A DNA stretch of 64,000 nucleotides, taken from the NCBI GenBank assembly GCA_947627625.1, contig CANQWR010000006.1:11571-75570 (forward strand), in the 5' to 3' direction. The DNA comes from an uncultured Ruminococcus sp. GTDB taxonomy: Bacteria > Bacillota > Clostridia > Oscillospirales > Ruminococcaceae. Below the pieces are notes generated by a model. That model saw only the letters and a program-made list of their open reading frames with translations. It had not been told where the DNA came from and did no database searches. This document shows positions 49,377 to 60,239 of the stretch, in pieces; the stretch's first letter is position 1; each line of letters starts with the position of its first letter. Position numbers and translations under genes: made by a program.

Positions 49377-49982
49377 TTGAAAGGTTACAGGCTGAGTATA
49401 ATACGCCACGGAATGACAGACGCAAACAGAAAGGGAATCTATATCGGAAGGACCGATTTTCCCCTGAGTGACGAGGGGAGTGCGGAACTTGCATCAAAGT
49501 CCGAAACGCTCACCTATCCGAAAGTACACAGGGTTTACAGCTCCCCACTTTGCAGGTGTAAGGAGACTGCCGAGATAATTTTTCCCGAAATCGAAGTGAC
49601 GGAGGTGGAAGACCTGACAGAGGCTGACCTTGGTGAATTTGAGGGGAAGAGTGCGGGGGAACTCATTGACAGAGAGGACTACAAAAAGTGGATAAAAAGC
49701 GGTGAAGCACCGCCCGACGGTGAGAGTATTCAGGAGATAACGGCGAGAGTTTACAAGGCTCTGCACGGGATAATAACGGACATGATGGAGAGCGGGATAA
49801 CTCACAGTGCGGTTGTTACCCATGCGGGAATAATAAAGACCATGCTTATGGGGTTCGGCATTCCTAAGTATAATCTGTCGGGGTACAGCATAGAATACGG
49901 CGAGGGCTTTGATGTTATAACAGATGCGAGAATGTGGCTGAATGAGCAGGCTTTTGAGATATTGGGAGTGTGTCCCTATTGA
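49377..49982 (+). CDS. Histidine phosphatase (CobC/PGM family)
   Basis: RHG, SSPL-x-RC-x-ETA, E-x-DLG-x-FEG, VTHAG. Confidence 0.9.
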   Translation: MKGYRLSIIRHGMTDANRKGIYIGRTDFPLSDEGSAELASKSETLTYPKVHRVYSSPLCRCKETAEIIFPEIEVTEVEDLTEADLGEFEGKSAGELIDREDYKKWIKSGEAPPDGESIQEITARVYKALHGIITDMMESGITHSAVVTHAGIIKTMLMGFGIPKYNLSGYSIEYGEGFDVITDARMWLNEQAFEILGVCPY

Positions 49983-49994
49983 CGTGAGAGGTTT

Positions 49995-50450
49995 TCCTCT
50001 GTGGGAATAATCATGGGGGGTCTGGGGGGATACTTCCCCCCAGCGGGGTCAAGGGGCAGAGCCCCTTGTGGGGGTTCAGGGGGCAAAGCCCCCTGCCCCT
50101 AATCGTTCTAATTAAAATTTGCACAGTACCCAACAGTCCACAAGTCAAAAAAATCTCTAAAAAAAATATAATTTTAATAAAATTATTTTTTGGGCAAAGC
50201 CCCCTGCCCCTAACCGTTCTAATTAAAATTTGCACAGTACCCAACAGTCCACAAGTCAAAAAAATCTCTAAAAAAAATATAATTTTAATAAAATTATTTT
50301 TTGGGCAAAGCCCCCTGCCCCTAACCGTTCTAATTAAAATTTGCACAGTACCCAACAGTACACAAGTCAAAAAAATTCTAAAAAAATATAATTTTAATAA
50401 AATTATTTTTTGGGGTTCAGGGGACAACCGCCCCCTTGTGGTTCTAATAG
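49995..50450 (+). repeat. GC-rich palindromic repeat, copy 15, with three near-identical 111-bp units
   Basis: Units near 50088, 50199 and 50310. Confidence 0.9.
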
Positions 50451-50615
50451 AGACGACGGAGTACCCGCCCCCTTAAAAAGTCCGATAACAAAAAAATAAA
50501 TACAGGTTGACGGACTGAAAAAAACGTGATATAATGTAAGACAGCGGATTTTTTTAATAAACAAAATCTGTCGGAAAATAAATAAAAACAAAACAGATAA
50601 AGGAGAATCGGAAAT

Positions 50616-52004
50616 ATGGGAAAATATTTCGGTACAGACGGTTTCAGGGGAAAAGCGGGGCAGAATCTCACGTCCGAACACGCTTTCAAACTCGGAAGAT
50701 TTCTCGGCTGGTATTACGGTGAGCTGAAGAGAAGAGACAATGACAGTTCACCTGTCAGAATAGTGATAGGCAAGGACACAAGGCGTTCGAGCTACACGCT
50801 TGAATACTCACTTGTGGGAGGAATAACGGCTTCGGGAGCAGATGCCTGTCTGCTGCACGTCACAACAACGCCGTCGGTGGCGTATGTGGCGAGAACGGAC
50901 GGCTTTGACTGTGCGGTGATGATTTCGGCAAGTCACAATCCCTATTATGACAACGGTCTGAAACTCATAAACAGAGACGGCGAAAAAATGGGCGATGACG
51001 TTATACAGCTTGCGGAGGACTATCTTGACGGAAAACTGCACGTATTTGGAGAAGATTGGACCGAACTGCCCTTTGCACAGGGTGACAGAATAGGACGTTC
51101 CGTTGACTATGTTGCGGGCAGAAACAGATATATAGGTTACCTGATTTCTCTGGGAGTATACTCTTTCAGGGGCAAGAAAATAGCTCTTGACTGTGCAAAC
51201 GGTTCAGCGTGGTCAATAGCAAAGGCGGTTTTTGACGCACTTGGTGCGGAGACATATGTAATAAACGCAAACCCGAACGGTCTGAACATAAACGAGGGTG
51301 CGGGTTCAACGCATATAGAGGGCTTGCAGGACTTTGTAGTAAAAAACGGCTGTGACGTGGGATTTGCCTATGACGGCGATGCGGACAGATGTCTCTGTGT
51401 GGACGAGACGGGAAACGTCATAACGGGAGACCATATATTATATATATACGGTAGTTACATGAAAAAGAGGGATAAACTCCTGAATAACACTGTAGTTGCG
51501 ACAGTTATGTCAAATTTCGGTCTTTTCAAGGCTTTTGACGAGATAGGCATAGACTACGCAAAGACGGCTGTGGGAGACAAGTACGTCTATGAGTACATGA
51601 AAGAAAACGGCTGCTGCATAGGCGGAGAGCAGTCGGGACACATAATATTCTCAAAATATGCGTCTACGGGTGACGGAATACTGACAAGTCTGAAAATAAT
51701 GCAGGTCATAATGGCGGAGAAAAAGACTCTGAGCGAACTTGCAAAGCCTTTGAGAATATATCCGCAGATATTGGAGAACGTCAAAGTAGCCGACAAGACC
51801 GAGGCTATGAACGACCCCGATGTAAAAAAAGCTGTGGAGGAAGTTTCAAGGGAACTTGAAAACACGGGCAGAGTGCTTGTGCGTGAGAGCGGTACGGAAC
51901 CCCTTGTCAGAGTTATGGCAGAGGCGGAGACCGAGGAGGATTGCAGAAAATACGTCACAAAAATAGTGGATGTCATAAAATCAAAAGGTTACGAGATTGC
52001 CTGA
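50616..52004 (+). CDS. glmM: Phosphoglucosamine mutase
   Basis: YFGTDG-x-RG, ISASHNP, DGDADR, GGEQSGH, RESGTEP. Confidence 0.95.
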   Translation: MGKYFGTDGFRGKAGQNLTSEHAFKLGRFLGWYYGELKRRDNDSSPVRIVIGKDTRRSSYTLEYSLVGGITASGADACLLHVTTTPSVAYVARTDGFDCAVMISASHNPYYDNGLKLINRDGEKMGDDVIQLAEDYLDGKLHVFGEDWTELPFAQGDRIGRSVDYVAGRNRYIGYLISLGVYSFRGKKIALDCANGSAWSIAKAVFDALGAETYVINANPNGLNINEGAGSTHIEGLQDFVVKNGCDVGFAYDGDADRCLCVDETGNVITGDHILYIYGSYMKKRDKLLNNTVVATVMSNFGLFKAFDEIGIDYAKTAVGDKYVYEYMKENGCCIGGEQSGHIIFSKYASTGDGILTSLKIMQVIMAEKKTLSELAKPLRIYPQILENVKVADKTEAMNDPDVKKAVEEVSRELENTGRVLVRESGTEPLVRVMAEAETEEDCRKYVTKIVDVIKSKGYEIA

Positions 52005-52199
52005 CGGGGAGAGCAGAGAAAAAATTTTTTCCCGATTTCTACAATTCAGAATATATTTTTGAGTAATTGTTTGTTGAATTTCTGGAAATTTTCAGAAAAT
52101 CGTCCGAAGTATTGACTTTTTTATATTCGGGTGATATAATTTTATGCAGGTGGACTTTTTTATTTGTCCGTCAAAATAAAGACAAGGAGATATGAAAAA

Positions 52200-53765
52200 A
52201 TGGCTAACAAGGACAGTGAACGCAATCTTAATATTACGTTCAAAGCCGACACCGATGAGAAGTCCGACACCATAGTTTCGATAGGCACTATTTTCAGGAA
52301 ACTCAGAAAATACCTTATAATATGGCTTGTTGCGGCAGTCGTCGGAGTGGTTGGCGTTTTCGGATATTCGGCTGTAAATACGCACGTCAGAAAACCGACC
52401 CTTTCCGCTGTTATCAGCTTTACATACGACGGAGTTGAGAAAGGACTCGACCCGAACGGCAACACTTTTGACGTGAACACCATCAAAAACCCCAACGTTA
52501 TAAACAGGGCTGTCAGCGAACTCGGTTTTGACGGAGACCAAGTCGAAGCTATAAGACAGGCTATATCTTTCAGGGCGACTATCCCGAAGGACATCGCCGA
52601 CAGACTGACCGTTTTTGACAGCATTCTCGAAAATGCAAACAACGTTCAGGCAGGTCAGGCTATCCTCGACACCGTTTACTACCCGACACAGTACACGGTC
52701 TATTTTGACTGTAACAAGACTTCAATGTCGTCAACGGACTGTGTGAGCGTTTTCAACAAGGTACTCGAAGTTTACGACGACTATTTCTATGAGACTTTCG
52801 GCTATAATGAGGCACTCGGTTCGGCGGTAAACGCCATAGAGCCGTCCGATTACGACTACTCCGAAGCCGTTGAAGTTTTCACGACCAATCTCAGGATCCT
52901 CAACACATATGTGACGGACCTCTCAAACGAAGATGCGACACATTTCCGCTCCTCCGTGACGGGTTACACTTTTGCGGACCTTGCTGAAGCTATATCGACT
53001 ATAGTCGACATAGACCTTGAAAAAGTTTCATCATTCGTGACGGTCAACAACCTCACAAAGGACAAAGAGGAGTCGCTTGCATATTGCGACTACAGAATAA
53101 AGACTCTCACCAGAACACAGGCAAAACTCCAAGAGCAGATTGACACTCTCAGCGAAGATATAGAGAATTACAAAAAGGACGATATGTACGTATTTGGTGC
53201 GGAGGGAAGCAGTTCCGAAACTCACTCCACAGTTGCCTCCGAACAGTACGACAAAATGCTTGACAAAAAGAGTTCCCTTGTGGCAAATCTCGCCGACGCA
53301 AAGCAGGAGATAAATCTGATGAAAGAGAGACAGGAAGCTCTCAAAAGCAAGCCCGAGGGTTCCGACGCAAAGAAGGACAGTGCGGAGAAACAGATAGAAG
53401 CTCTCAGAGAAAAGGTAAACAACATGATAAACTCCGTCAACGACACCGCCGACGACTACTACAGAAATCTTGTCTTCAGGGACGCTTACAGCGTTCTCGC
53501 ACCCGCTACAAACTCATCAAGTGACAAAATGGCACTCATAATAAACAACGCAAAGGCAGACATGGTTCTTGTTGAGGGCGGAATATTTGCCCTTTATTTC
53601 CTCGTTGCGTTCCTTGAAGCTCTCTTTGAGGACATGAGAAAGAAAAAGCGTGGCAGTCTCAGCACAGAGCCTGTTGCGGTCTCAACGCCCTTGCAGGGGG
53701 AAGAACCCAAGCAGGAAGAGGAAACTCCCGTCCAGATAGGCACAGAGACAGCTGAAGCGAATTAA
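52200..53765 (+). CDS. Wzz-like membrane protein with coiled-coil extracellular domain (putative polysaccharide chain-length regulator)
   Basis: N- and C-terminal TM helices flanking a coiled coil; GLDPNG-x-x-FD motif. Confidence 0.6.
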   Translation: MANKDSERNLNITFKADTDEKSDTIVSIGTIFRKLRKYLIIWLVAAVVGVVGVFGYSAVNTHVRKPTLSAVISFTYDGVEKGLDPNGNTFDVNTIKNPNVINRAVSELGFDGDQVEAIRQAISFRATIPKDIADRLTVFDSILENANNVQAGQAILDTVYYPTQYTVYFDCNKTSMSSTDCVSVFNKVLEVYDDYFYETFGYNEALGSAVNAIEPSDYDYSEAVEVFTTNLRILNTYVTDLSNEDATHFRSSVTGYTFADLAEAISTIVDIDLEKVSSFVTVNNLTKDKEESLAYCDYRIKTLTRTQAKLQEQIDTLSEDIENYKKDDMYVFGAEGSSSETHSTVASEQYDKMLDKKSSLVANLADAKQEINLMKERQEALKSKPEGSDAKKDSAEKQIEALREKVNNMINSVNDTADDYYRNLVFRDAYSVLAPATNSSSDKMALIINNAKADMVLVEGGIFALYFLVAFLEALFEDMRKKKRGSLSTEPVAVSTPLQGEEPKQEEETPVQIGTETAEAN

Positions 53766-53945
53766 ATTAAATCATATTAAATTAAATTAAATTATCTAAA
53801 TCATAAAAAATACCCCCTGAAAATCATCAGGGGGATTTTTTTATTTATATCTGAAAATATGTGAAAAATTTATACAGACTATTGTAAAAACAGAATAAAT
53901 ATGATATAATATAAGTAATAATTCTGATACGGGGAGTGCATTTTT

Positions 53946-54299
53946 ATGCTCATAGCTGAAAACCACATAGGCAGAATAACCGTCTCGGACGGCTGTATAG
54001 CGGAGATAGTCCGCAGAGCCGTGTGCGACTGTTTCGGTGTAACGGACGTATGCAATGTCAGTGCATTCAGGAGAGCGGTCTCGACTATTACAAGGGGCAG
54101 ACTTTTCAGGAGAAAGGGCGTTGCCGTGAGGACTTCCGACAGCGGTGGACTTGTTATAGACCTGCATATAAAGGTATCATACGGCACGAATATTTCTGCA
54201 TCTGTCGAGAGTATAGTACACAAGATAGTGTTTACTCTTGAAAACACTGTTGATGTGAGCGTCCGAAAAATAAATGTCTTTGTGGACGACATGAACTAA
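53946..54299 (+). CDS. Asp23/Gls24 family protein (YloU-like)
   Basis: G-x-I-x-VS...CFGV...KGV-x-V...YGTNI...INVFV; adjacent to the DAK2 gene. Confidence 0.9.
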   Translation: MLIAENHIGRITVSDGCIAEIVRRAVCDCFGVTDVCNVSAFRRAVSTITRGRLFRRKGVAVRTSDSGGLVIDLHIKVSYGTNISASVESIVHKIVFTLENTVDVSVRKINVFVDDMN

Positions 54300-54317
54300 A
54301 TACGGGAGGATTTTAGA

Positions 54318-55961
54318 GTGATAAACGGAAACTTATTCAGAAACGCTCTGATTTCGGGGGCGGTTACTATAAACAACAGGAAAAAGGACGTTGACGAGCT
54401 GAATGTCTATCCTGTTCCCGACGGCGACACAGGCACAAATATGTCAATGACAATCGGGAATGCACTTGCGGAACTCAAAAGACTCCCCGAAAATGTGAGC
54501 ATATCGCACGTTGCGGACGTTGTTGCGTCGTCACTTCTCAGAGGGGCGAGGGGCAATTCGGGAGTAATACTGTCACTTATTTTCAGGGGTATTTCAAAGG
54601 GGCTTTCGGGACTTACCGAGGCGAACTGCACCGATTTTGCAAATGCTCTTGAACTGGGTGTGGAGTCGGCATATAAGGCGGTCATGAAACCCGTGGAGGG
54701 TACTATTCTGACTGTTGCAAAGTCCATGTCTGAAAAGGCAAAGGAGACAGCCCTCTCAACAAATGACGATGTTATTTTCTGGGGAGACATCTGCACGGAG
54801 GCAGAGGAAGTCCTTGAAAAGACGAGAGATATGCTCCCACAGCTTAAAAAGTCGGGAGTGGTGGACGCAGGCGGAATGGGTCTTGTGATAATAATAAGAG
54901 CCATGTGTGAAGTCTTTGCAGGCGGGGAAATTGCACAGCCTGTCGATGCAACTCCCGAGAGCGACAATTTCAAGACAGCTGTCAGCGAGTACGATGATGA
55001 CATAACTTTTACTTACTGCACGGAGTTTATGATACAGAAAAAGGAGAACTGCCCCGACACTTTCATGCTCCGGGCTTATCTGGAGACCATCGGGGACTGT
55101 GTTGTGCTTGTTGAGGATGAAGAGATAATAAAAGTACACGTCCACACCGACAACCCCGGAAACGCTCTACAGAAAGGACTTGAATTTGGGTGCTTTATAA
55201 ACGACCCACGTCCCAAGATAGAGAATATGCGTATACAGCACGAAAACAAAGTAAAGGAAGTCGAACAGAAACAGGCGGGGTTCACTCCTGCCGAACCCGA
55301 AAAAGACTTTGGTTTTGCGGTCGTCTGCATGGGGCACGGTCTTGAAACTATGTTCAGGGATTTGGGTGCGGACGTGATAATAAAAGGCGGTCAGACTATG
55401 AACCCCTCAGCAGACGATATTCTCAGAGCTATTCTGTCCGTTCCCGCAAAGACGGTCTTTGTACTGCCGAATAATAAAAATATAATAATGGCATCGGAGC
55501 AGGCAGTCAGGCTGACAGACAAGAGCGTTTGTGTACTTCAGACAACGACTATTCCGCAGGGAATTTCCGCAATGCTCGCATTTGACGAGGGTGCAGGTCT
55601 CTCCGAAAACAGACTGAACATGACTAAAGCTTTTGAAAAAGTCTCAACGGGACTGATAACTTTTGCGGTCAGGGACTCCGAATTTGACGGTCACTCTATA
55701 AAAGAGGGCGAAATACTTGCACTTGACAACGGCAGACTGTCTTTCACCGAAAAAGATATAAACAAAGCCGTTATAAAGCTCACAAAAAGGCTTGCAAAGG
55801 GAGACGCAAGTTATGTAACGCTTATTTACGGTGCGGACGTGACGGAGGAGAACGCCGAAAATATACAGCAGACTTTGCAGTCGAAACTAAGCGACAAGAT
55901 AGAAGTAATGCTCGTGAACGGCGGTCAGCCTGTTTATTACTACATAATATCGGTGGAGTAG
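54318..55961 (+). CDS. fakA: DAK2-domain fatty acid kinase subunit A (YloV)
   Basis: LNVYPVPDGDTGTNM, GARGNSGVILS, YCTEF, GGQTMNPS, GGQPVYYYIISVE. Confidence 0.93.
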   Translation: MINGNLFRNALISGAVTINNRKKDVDELNVYPVPDGDTGTNMSMTIGNALAELKRLPENVSISHVADVVASSLLRGARGNSGVILSLIFRGISKGLSGLTEANCTDFANALELGVESAYKAVMKPVEGTILTVAKSMSEKAKETALSTNDDVIFWGDICTEAEEVLEKTRDMLPQLKKSGVVDAGGMGLVIIIRAMCEVFAGGEIAQPVDATPESDNFKTAVSEYDDDITFTYCTEFMIQKKENCPDTFMLRAYLETIGDCVVLVEDEEIIKVHVHTDNPGNALQKGLEFGCFINDPRPKIENMRIQHENKVKEVEQKQAGFTPAEPEKDFGFAVVCMGHGLETMFRDLGADVIIKGGQTMNPSADDILRAILSVPAKTVFVLPNNKNIIMASEQAVRLTDKSVCVLQTTTIPQGISAMLAFDEGAGLSENRLNMTKAFEKVSTGLITFAVRDSEFDGHSIKEGEILALDNGRLSFTEKDINKAVIKLTKRLAKGDASYVTLIYGADVTEENAENIQQTLQSKLSDKIEVMLVNGGQPVYYYIISVE

Positions 55962-56046
55962 GATTTCACTCCCGTGGACTTGGTTTTTCCCGAACTCCCA
56001 AAATTATAACAGTAGACCATTATGGAAGTTTGGAGTTTGTTTCCTT

Positions 56047-56295
56047 AGTGGGAATAATCATGGGGGGTCTGGGGGGATACTTTCCCCCAGCGGGGGTTTG
56101 GGGGCGGAGCCCCCAATGGGGGTTCAGGGGGCAAAGCCCCCTGCCCCTAATCGTTCTAATTAAAATTTACACAGTCCCCAACATTTTACAAAGCAAAAAA
56201 TCTCCAAAAAAATATAATTTTAATAAAATTATTTTTTGGGCGGAAGCCCCCTGCCCCTTATCGTTCTAATAGGGTTCTGAGGACAACGCCCCGGT
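56047..56295 (+). repeat. GC-rich palindromic repeat, copy 16
   Basis: Core and AT-hairpin unit. Confidence 0.85.
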
Positions 56296-56377
56296 CCAAC
56301 CACACAGAAACAAAAAAAGTCGGAACTTTTCCGACTTTTTTATTTATATTTTTATTTATATAATTTATATATTTATA

Positions 56378-58201
56378 TTATTTTAACTTTGCTCTGTCCT
56401 TTGCCCTCTGTGAGTTGCTCAGAGTCCTCTTGCGTATTCTCAGCGATTTCGGAGTAACTTCAAGCAACTCGTCATCTGCGAGAAATTCAAGGCAGTCCTC
56501 AAGACTCAGAACTCTCGGGGGGACAAGTCTGAGAGCGTCATCGCTGCCGCTTGCACGGGTATTTGTCAAATGTTTTTTCTTGCAGACGTTCACAACAAGG
56601 TCGTCAGTTTTTGGGGAAGCTCCCACGACCATTCCCTCATAGACGGGAGTACCCGCCGTTATGAAAAGCTGTCCACGCTCCTGTGCGTTGAAAAGACCGT
56701 AAGTGACCGCCTCGCCCGTCTCGAAAGAAATCAGTGAACCCGTACTTCTGCGGTCAATATCGCCCTTGTAGGGCTGGTAGTCCTCAAAAACATGGCTCAT
56801 GACACCCTCGCCCTTTGTGTCGGTGAGAAATTCGCTCTTGTAGCCGAAAAGCCCTCTTGCAGGCACTAAAAATTCAATTCGGGTACGGTTTCCCTGTGGG
56901 TGCATATTGACTATCTCGCCCTTGCGGACACCCATTTTCTCCATGACCGCACCAACGGAATCTTCGGGAACGTCAACGACAAGTCTCTCAACAGGTTCAA
57001 GTTTTTCGCCGTTTTCGCCTGTTTTGTAGAGTACTCTCGGAGTGGAGACAGACAGTTCGTAACCCTCACGTCTCATGTTTTCTATCAGGATGGACAGGTG
57101 CATTTCGCCACGTCCCGCAACCCTGAAAGAGTCGGTGCTGTCGGTCTCCTCAACTCTCAAAGACACGTCTTTGAGAAGTTCCCTGAAAAGGCGTTCACGG
57201 AGCTGTCTTGAAGTGACAAATTTACCCTCACGCCCCGCAAAAGGACTGTCATTGACGGAAAAAGTCATCTCGACAGTGGGTTCACTTATCTTTACAAACG
57301 GCAAAGGTTCGGGAGTGTCCACCGCACAGACAGTATCGCCGATAGTAATATTTTCAGTTCCCGAAATCCAGACTATATCCCCCACACAGGCGGACTCCGC
57401 CGAAACACGGTTCAGACCTTCGATTTGCAGGAGTGAAGCTATTTTTGAGTTATATTTTTTGTCGGGTTCATTGTAGGAACACACGCACACGGACTGATTT
57501 GTCTTTATATTTCCCCTGACAATTCTGCCTATGCCTATTCTGCCGACATATTCATTGTAGTCAATAGAGGAAATCAGCATTTGCAGAGGTTCTGTCTCGT
57601 CACCCTCGGGGGGTTCGATGTAGTTCACAATGGTGTCAAAAAGGGGTTTCAGGTCAACGCCCTCTTCATATTGACTTAAAGAAGCCGTACCCGCTCTTCC
57701 AGAACAGAATATTATGGGGGATTCAAGCTGCTGTTCACTTGCATCTAAATCAAGGAGAAGTTCAAGAACTTCGTCACCAATTTCGTCAAGACGTGCGTCG
57801 GGACGGTCTATTTTATTCACGACTATAATAATCTTGTGTCCCATTTCAAGAGCCTTTGAGAGTACAAATCTCGTCTGTGGCATAGGACCTTCAGCAGCGT
57901 CAACAAGGAGTAGCACGCCGTCCACCATTTCAAGGACACGCTCCACTTCACCGCCGAAATCAGCGTGACCTGGAGTGTCGATAATATTTATTTTTATGTC
58001 ATTGTAGACGACAGAAGTATTTTTCGCAAGGATAGTTATACCCCTCTCACGTTCAAGGTCGTTTGAGTCCATGACACGTTCTGCGACGTTCTGATTTTCA
58101 CGGAACACACCGCTCTGCTTAAGCATTTCGTCAACAAGAGTAGTCTTGCCGTGGTCGACATGGGCGATAATTGCGATATTTCTCAAATCATTCCTTATCA
58201 T
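56378..58201 (-). CDS. typA: Translational GTPase TypA/BipA
   Basis: RNIAIIAHVDHGKTTLVD, DTPGHADFGGEVER, GRGEMHL. Confidence 0.98.
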   Translation of the reverse strand: MIRNDLRNIAIIAHVDHGKTTLVDEMLKQSGVFRENQNVAERVMDSNDLERERGITILAKNTSVVYNDIKINIIDTPGHADFGGEVERVLEMVDGVLLLVDAAEGPMPQTRFVLSKALEMGHKIIIVVNKIDRPDARLDEIGDEVLELLLDLDASEQQLESPIIFCSGRAGTASLSQYEEGVDLKPLFDTIVNYIEPPEGDETEPLQMLISSIDYNEYVGRIGIGRIVRGNIKTNQSVCVCSYNEPDKKYNSKIASLLQIEGLNRVSAESACVGDIVWISGTENITIGDTVCAVDTPEPLPFVKISEPTVEMTFSVNDSPFAGREGKFVTSRQLRERLFRELLKDVSLRVEETDSTDSFRVAGRGEMHLSILIENMRREGYELSVSTPRVLYKTGENGEKLEPVERLVVDVPEDSVGAVMEKMGVRKGEIVNMHPQGNRTRIEFLVPARGLFGYKSEFLTDTKGEGVMSHVFEDYQPYKGDIDRRSTGSLISFETGEAVTYGLFNAQERGQLFITAGTPVYEGMVVGASPKTDDLVVNVCKKKHLTNTRASGSDDALRLVPPRVLSLEDCLEFLADDELLEVTPKSLRIRKRTLSNSQRAKDRAKLK

Positions 58202-58224
58202 AAAAGGATACCTCCTAAGTTTAT

Positions 58225-58748
58225 TTACAGATTGCCGTAATCTGCGGTAATATTGAAACGGCTGAAAATTTCGGCGAGTTCGTCAGGTGAGCCGACTGTT
58301 ATTTCGTCCTCACTGAATATTATCAAATTGTTCTGCTCCAGTCTGACGACAAAAAGCCGTCTTTTTTGCAGACCGATTCGACTTTTTCATATTTATATTC
58401 ACCGTCTCCGTGGTGACCGTCCGCCGAGAGACTTGTCAGGATTTTATCGTCGTCAAATATAAAAGTTGAGACCATATTGGGGTATTTTTCCACTGAACGC
58501 CTGTAAGCCCTTTCGGGGTCGGAAATAAAGTTCAGGAGCTTCATATAGACCGCAAGGACACACAACACAGCGGTTATGAGACAGAAAAGCAGTGGGAATT
58601 TCCCCGTTGAACGGTAGTCAAGAAACATCAGCAGCACCGAAACGGGTATACCGATAAAAAAGAGCAATTTTTGTCTTGTGGTGATTTTGAATTGCGGACA
58701 CACAGCCTCAACGTGCCGTGGGGAGTATTTAGTGACGGCTTTGACCAT
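58225..58748 (-). pseudogene. YcxB-like membrane protein with an apparent 1-bp frameshift at a T5 run (58351-58355)
   Basis: Adding one T gives ...KDGFFVVRLEQNNLIIFSEDEITVGSPDELAEIFSRFNITADYGNL*, a YcxB-like tail ending just before the typA RBS. Confidence 0.6.
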
Positions 58749-58835
58749 TTTTCTCTCCTGTTTTGCAAAACTGAAATTTTGACATAAAAAAAGTCGGTAT
58801 ACAACCGACTTGAGAAGTCATAAAAAGGTGTAGAG

Positions 58836-58920
58836 TGGTGGGAGAGGATGGATTCGAACCATCGAAGTCAGAGACAACAGATTTACAGTCTGCCCCCTTT
58901 GGCCACTCGGGAACTCTCCC
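58836..58920 (-). tRNA. tRNA-Tyr(GTA)
   Basis: GGGAGAGTTCCCGAGTGGCCAAAGGGGGCAGACTGTAAATCTG...GGTTCGAATCCATCCTCTCCCACCA. Confidence 0.97.
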
Positions 58921-58987
58921 ACATAAGAATCTGAAAAATTTTTGAAAAATTTTTTTGATAAAAACCTCTCCCGAAATTTCGGAAAGG

Positions 58988-59063
58988 TGGAGCTGGTGGA
59001 CGGACTCGAACCCCCGACCTGCTGATTACAAATCAGCTGCTCTACCAACTGAGCTACACCAGC
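58988..59063 (-). tRNA. tRNA-Thr(TGT)
   Basis: GCTGGTGTAGCTCAGTTGGTAGAGCAGCTGATTTGTAATCAG...GGTTCGAGTCCGTCCACCAGCTCCA. Confidence 0.97.
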
Positions 59064-59191
59064 ACAAGAAAATTATTTATCATTCCCTATTTATTTTTTA
59101 TTTCTGACGACTTGTCCATTATATCACACAATTTCGGATTTGTCAAGAGTTTTTTTGAAATTTTTCAAAAAAATTTTTTCGGAAATTGCAG

Positions 59192-59266
59192 TCGAGGTGA
59201 CAGGATTCGAACCTGCGGCATCTTGCTCCCAAAGCAAGCACTCTAACCAAACTGAGTTACACCTCG
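59192..59266 (-). tRNA. tRNA-Pro(TGG), CCA not encoded
   Basis: CGAGGTGTAACTCAGTTTGGTTAGAGTGCTTGCTTTGGGAGCAAG...GGTTCGAATCCTGTCACCTCGA. Confidence 0.95.
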
Positions 59267-59500
59267 TCGAACAAATACCCGTCAAATCGGACAGCTTCTA
59301 TATTATATCAGAGAATTTTCAGTTTGTCAAGAGCAGAAGACGAATTTTGTAGGAGTGCACAAATTTTCGGGACATAAGCCGTGAAAAGTCCACAAAAATC
59401 ACAAAAAAATGTAAAACACGGCAGGTCTCACGACAACCCGCCGTGTTTTGTTTCGGAAAAAATATCCAATTCGGACGGAAAAATTCAGACGGACTTTTTT

Positions 59501-59806
59501 TTACTTAGCGTCCTTGTCGGAGGACTCCTCACTATTTTCGGCACTCTTCTCGGCAGACTCTTCCGCAACTTCAGCGTCAGCGGACTCCTCGGTCTCTTCA
59601 ACGGAGACCTCCTCAACGTCCTCATCAACAACGCCGAAATCGTACTCTATACTGTCGTCCTCGTCATCGTAGTAGTCGCTGTCGTAATCATCAAAGTCAT
59701 CGTAGTCATCATCGTATCTGTTTTTGCTGTCGGAAATTTTTGCGAACAGATAGCCTGCGGCAGCAGAACCTGCAACAATCAAGCCCATCAGGAGTTTATT
59801 ATTCAT
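59501..59806 (-). CDS. Small highly acidic protein with an N-terminal membrane anchor
   Basis: AAAGAGGA RBS; MNNKLLMGLIVAGSAAAGYLF followed by a D/E-rich tail. Confidence 0.7.
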   Translation of the reverse strand: MNNKLLMGLIVAGSAAAGYLFAKISDSKNRYDDDYDDFDDYDSDYYDDEDDSIEYDFGVVDEDVEEVSVEETEESADAEVAEESAEKSAENSEESSDKDAK

Positions 59807-60120
59807 TTTCGTTCCTCTTTCTCCGCAAGATATTATTGACAAAGAGAGTTTCGGGGGACATCTCCACGGCACAAATCTCCGTAAACTCCCGCCTTTGCAG
59901 AGCCACTTGCGGACGGCTCGTCACTGTGTATTATATTATATCACATATTTTCAGGAATTTCAACACCTGAGATATTATTTGTTAAAACTATAAGAACTTC
60001 ACTGTAAATTGTTGTCTATTTTCAACAAATTAGTCCGTTCCCGAGCGTCAGAGCGAGTTCTTTAGAAATATTATTTATTTTAATGTGCGAAAATATGTAA
60101 AAATATTTCGGAAATTATAA

Positions 60121-60228
60121 TCAGAAATTTTCGGTCAGGAACATGAGAATAGAGAGGGATTTCCCGCCCTGTTCTTCATAGAGAATGAGTGAGAGGTCGA
60201 GACCCGCCATCATGCCGACAGCGGTCTG
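60121..60228 (-). pseudogene. Internally deleted duplicate of the rsmE 3' end
   Basis: 60121-60157 matches 60240-60276, fused to a copy of about 60439-60509. Confidence 0.8.
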
Positions 60229-60239
60229 ACGGTTCAAAA

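Noticed and set aside
58836..59266. tRNA genes as an integrated-element boundary
   Set aside because: No integrase and no duplicated tRNA 3' end seen in the window
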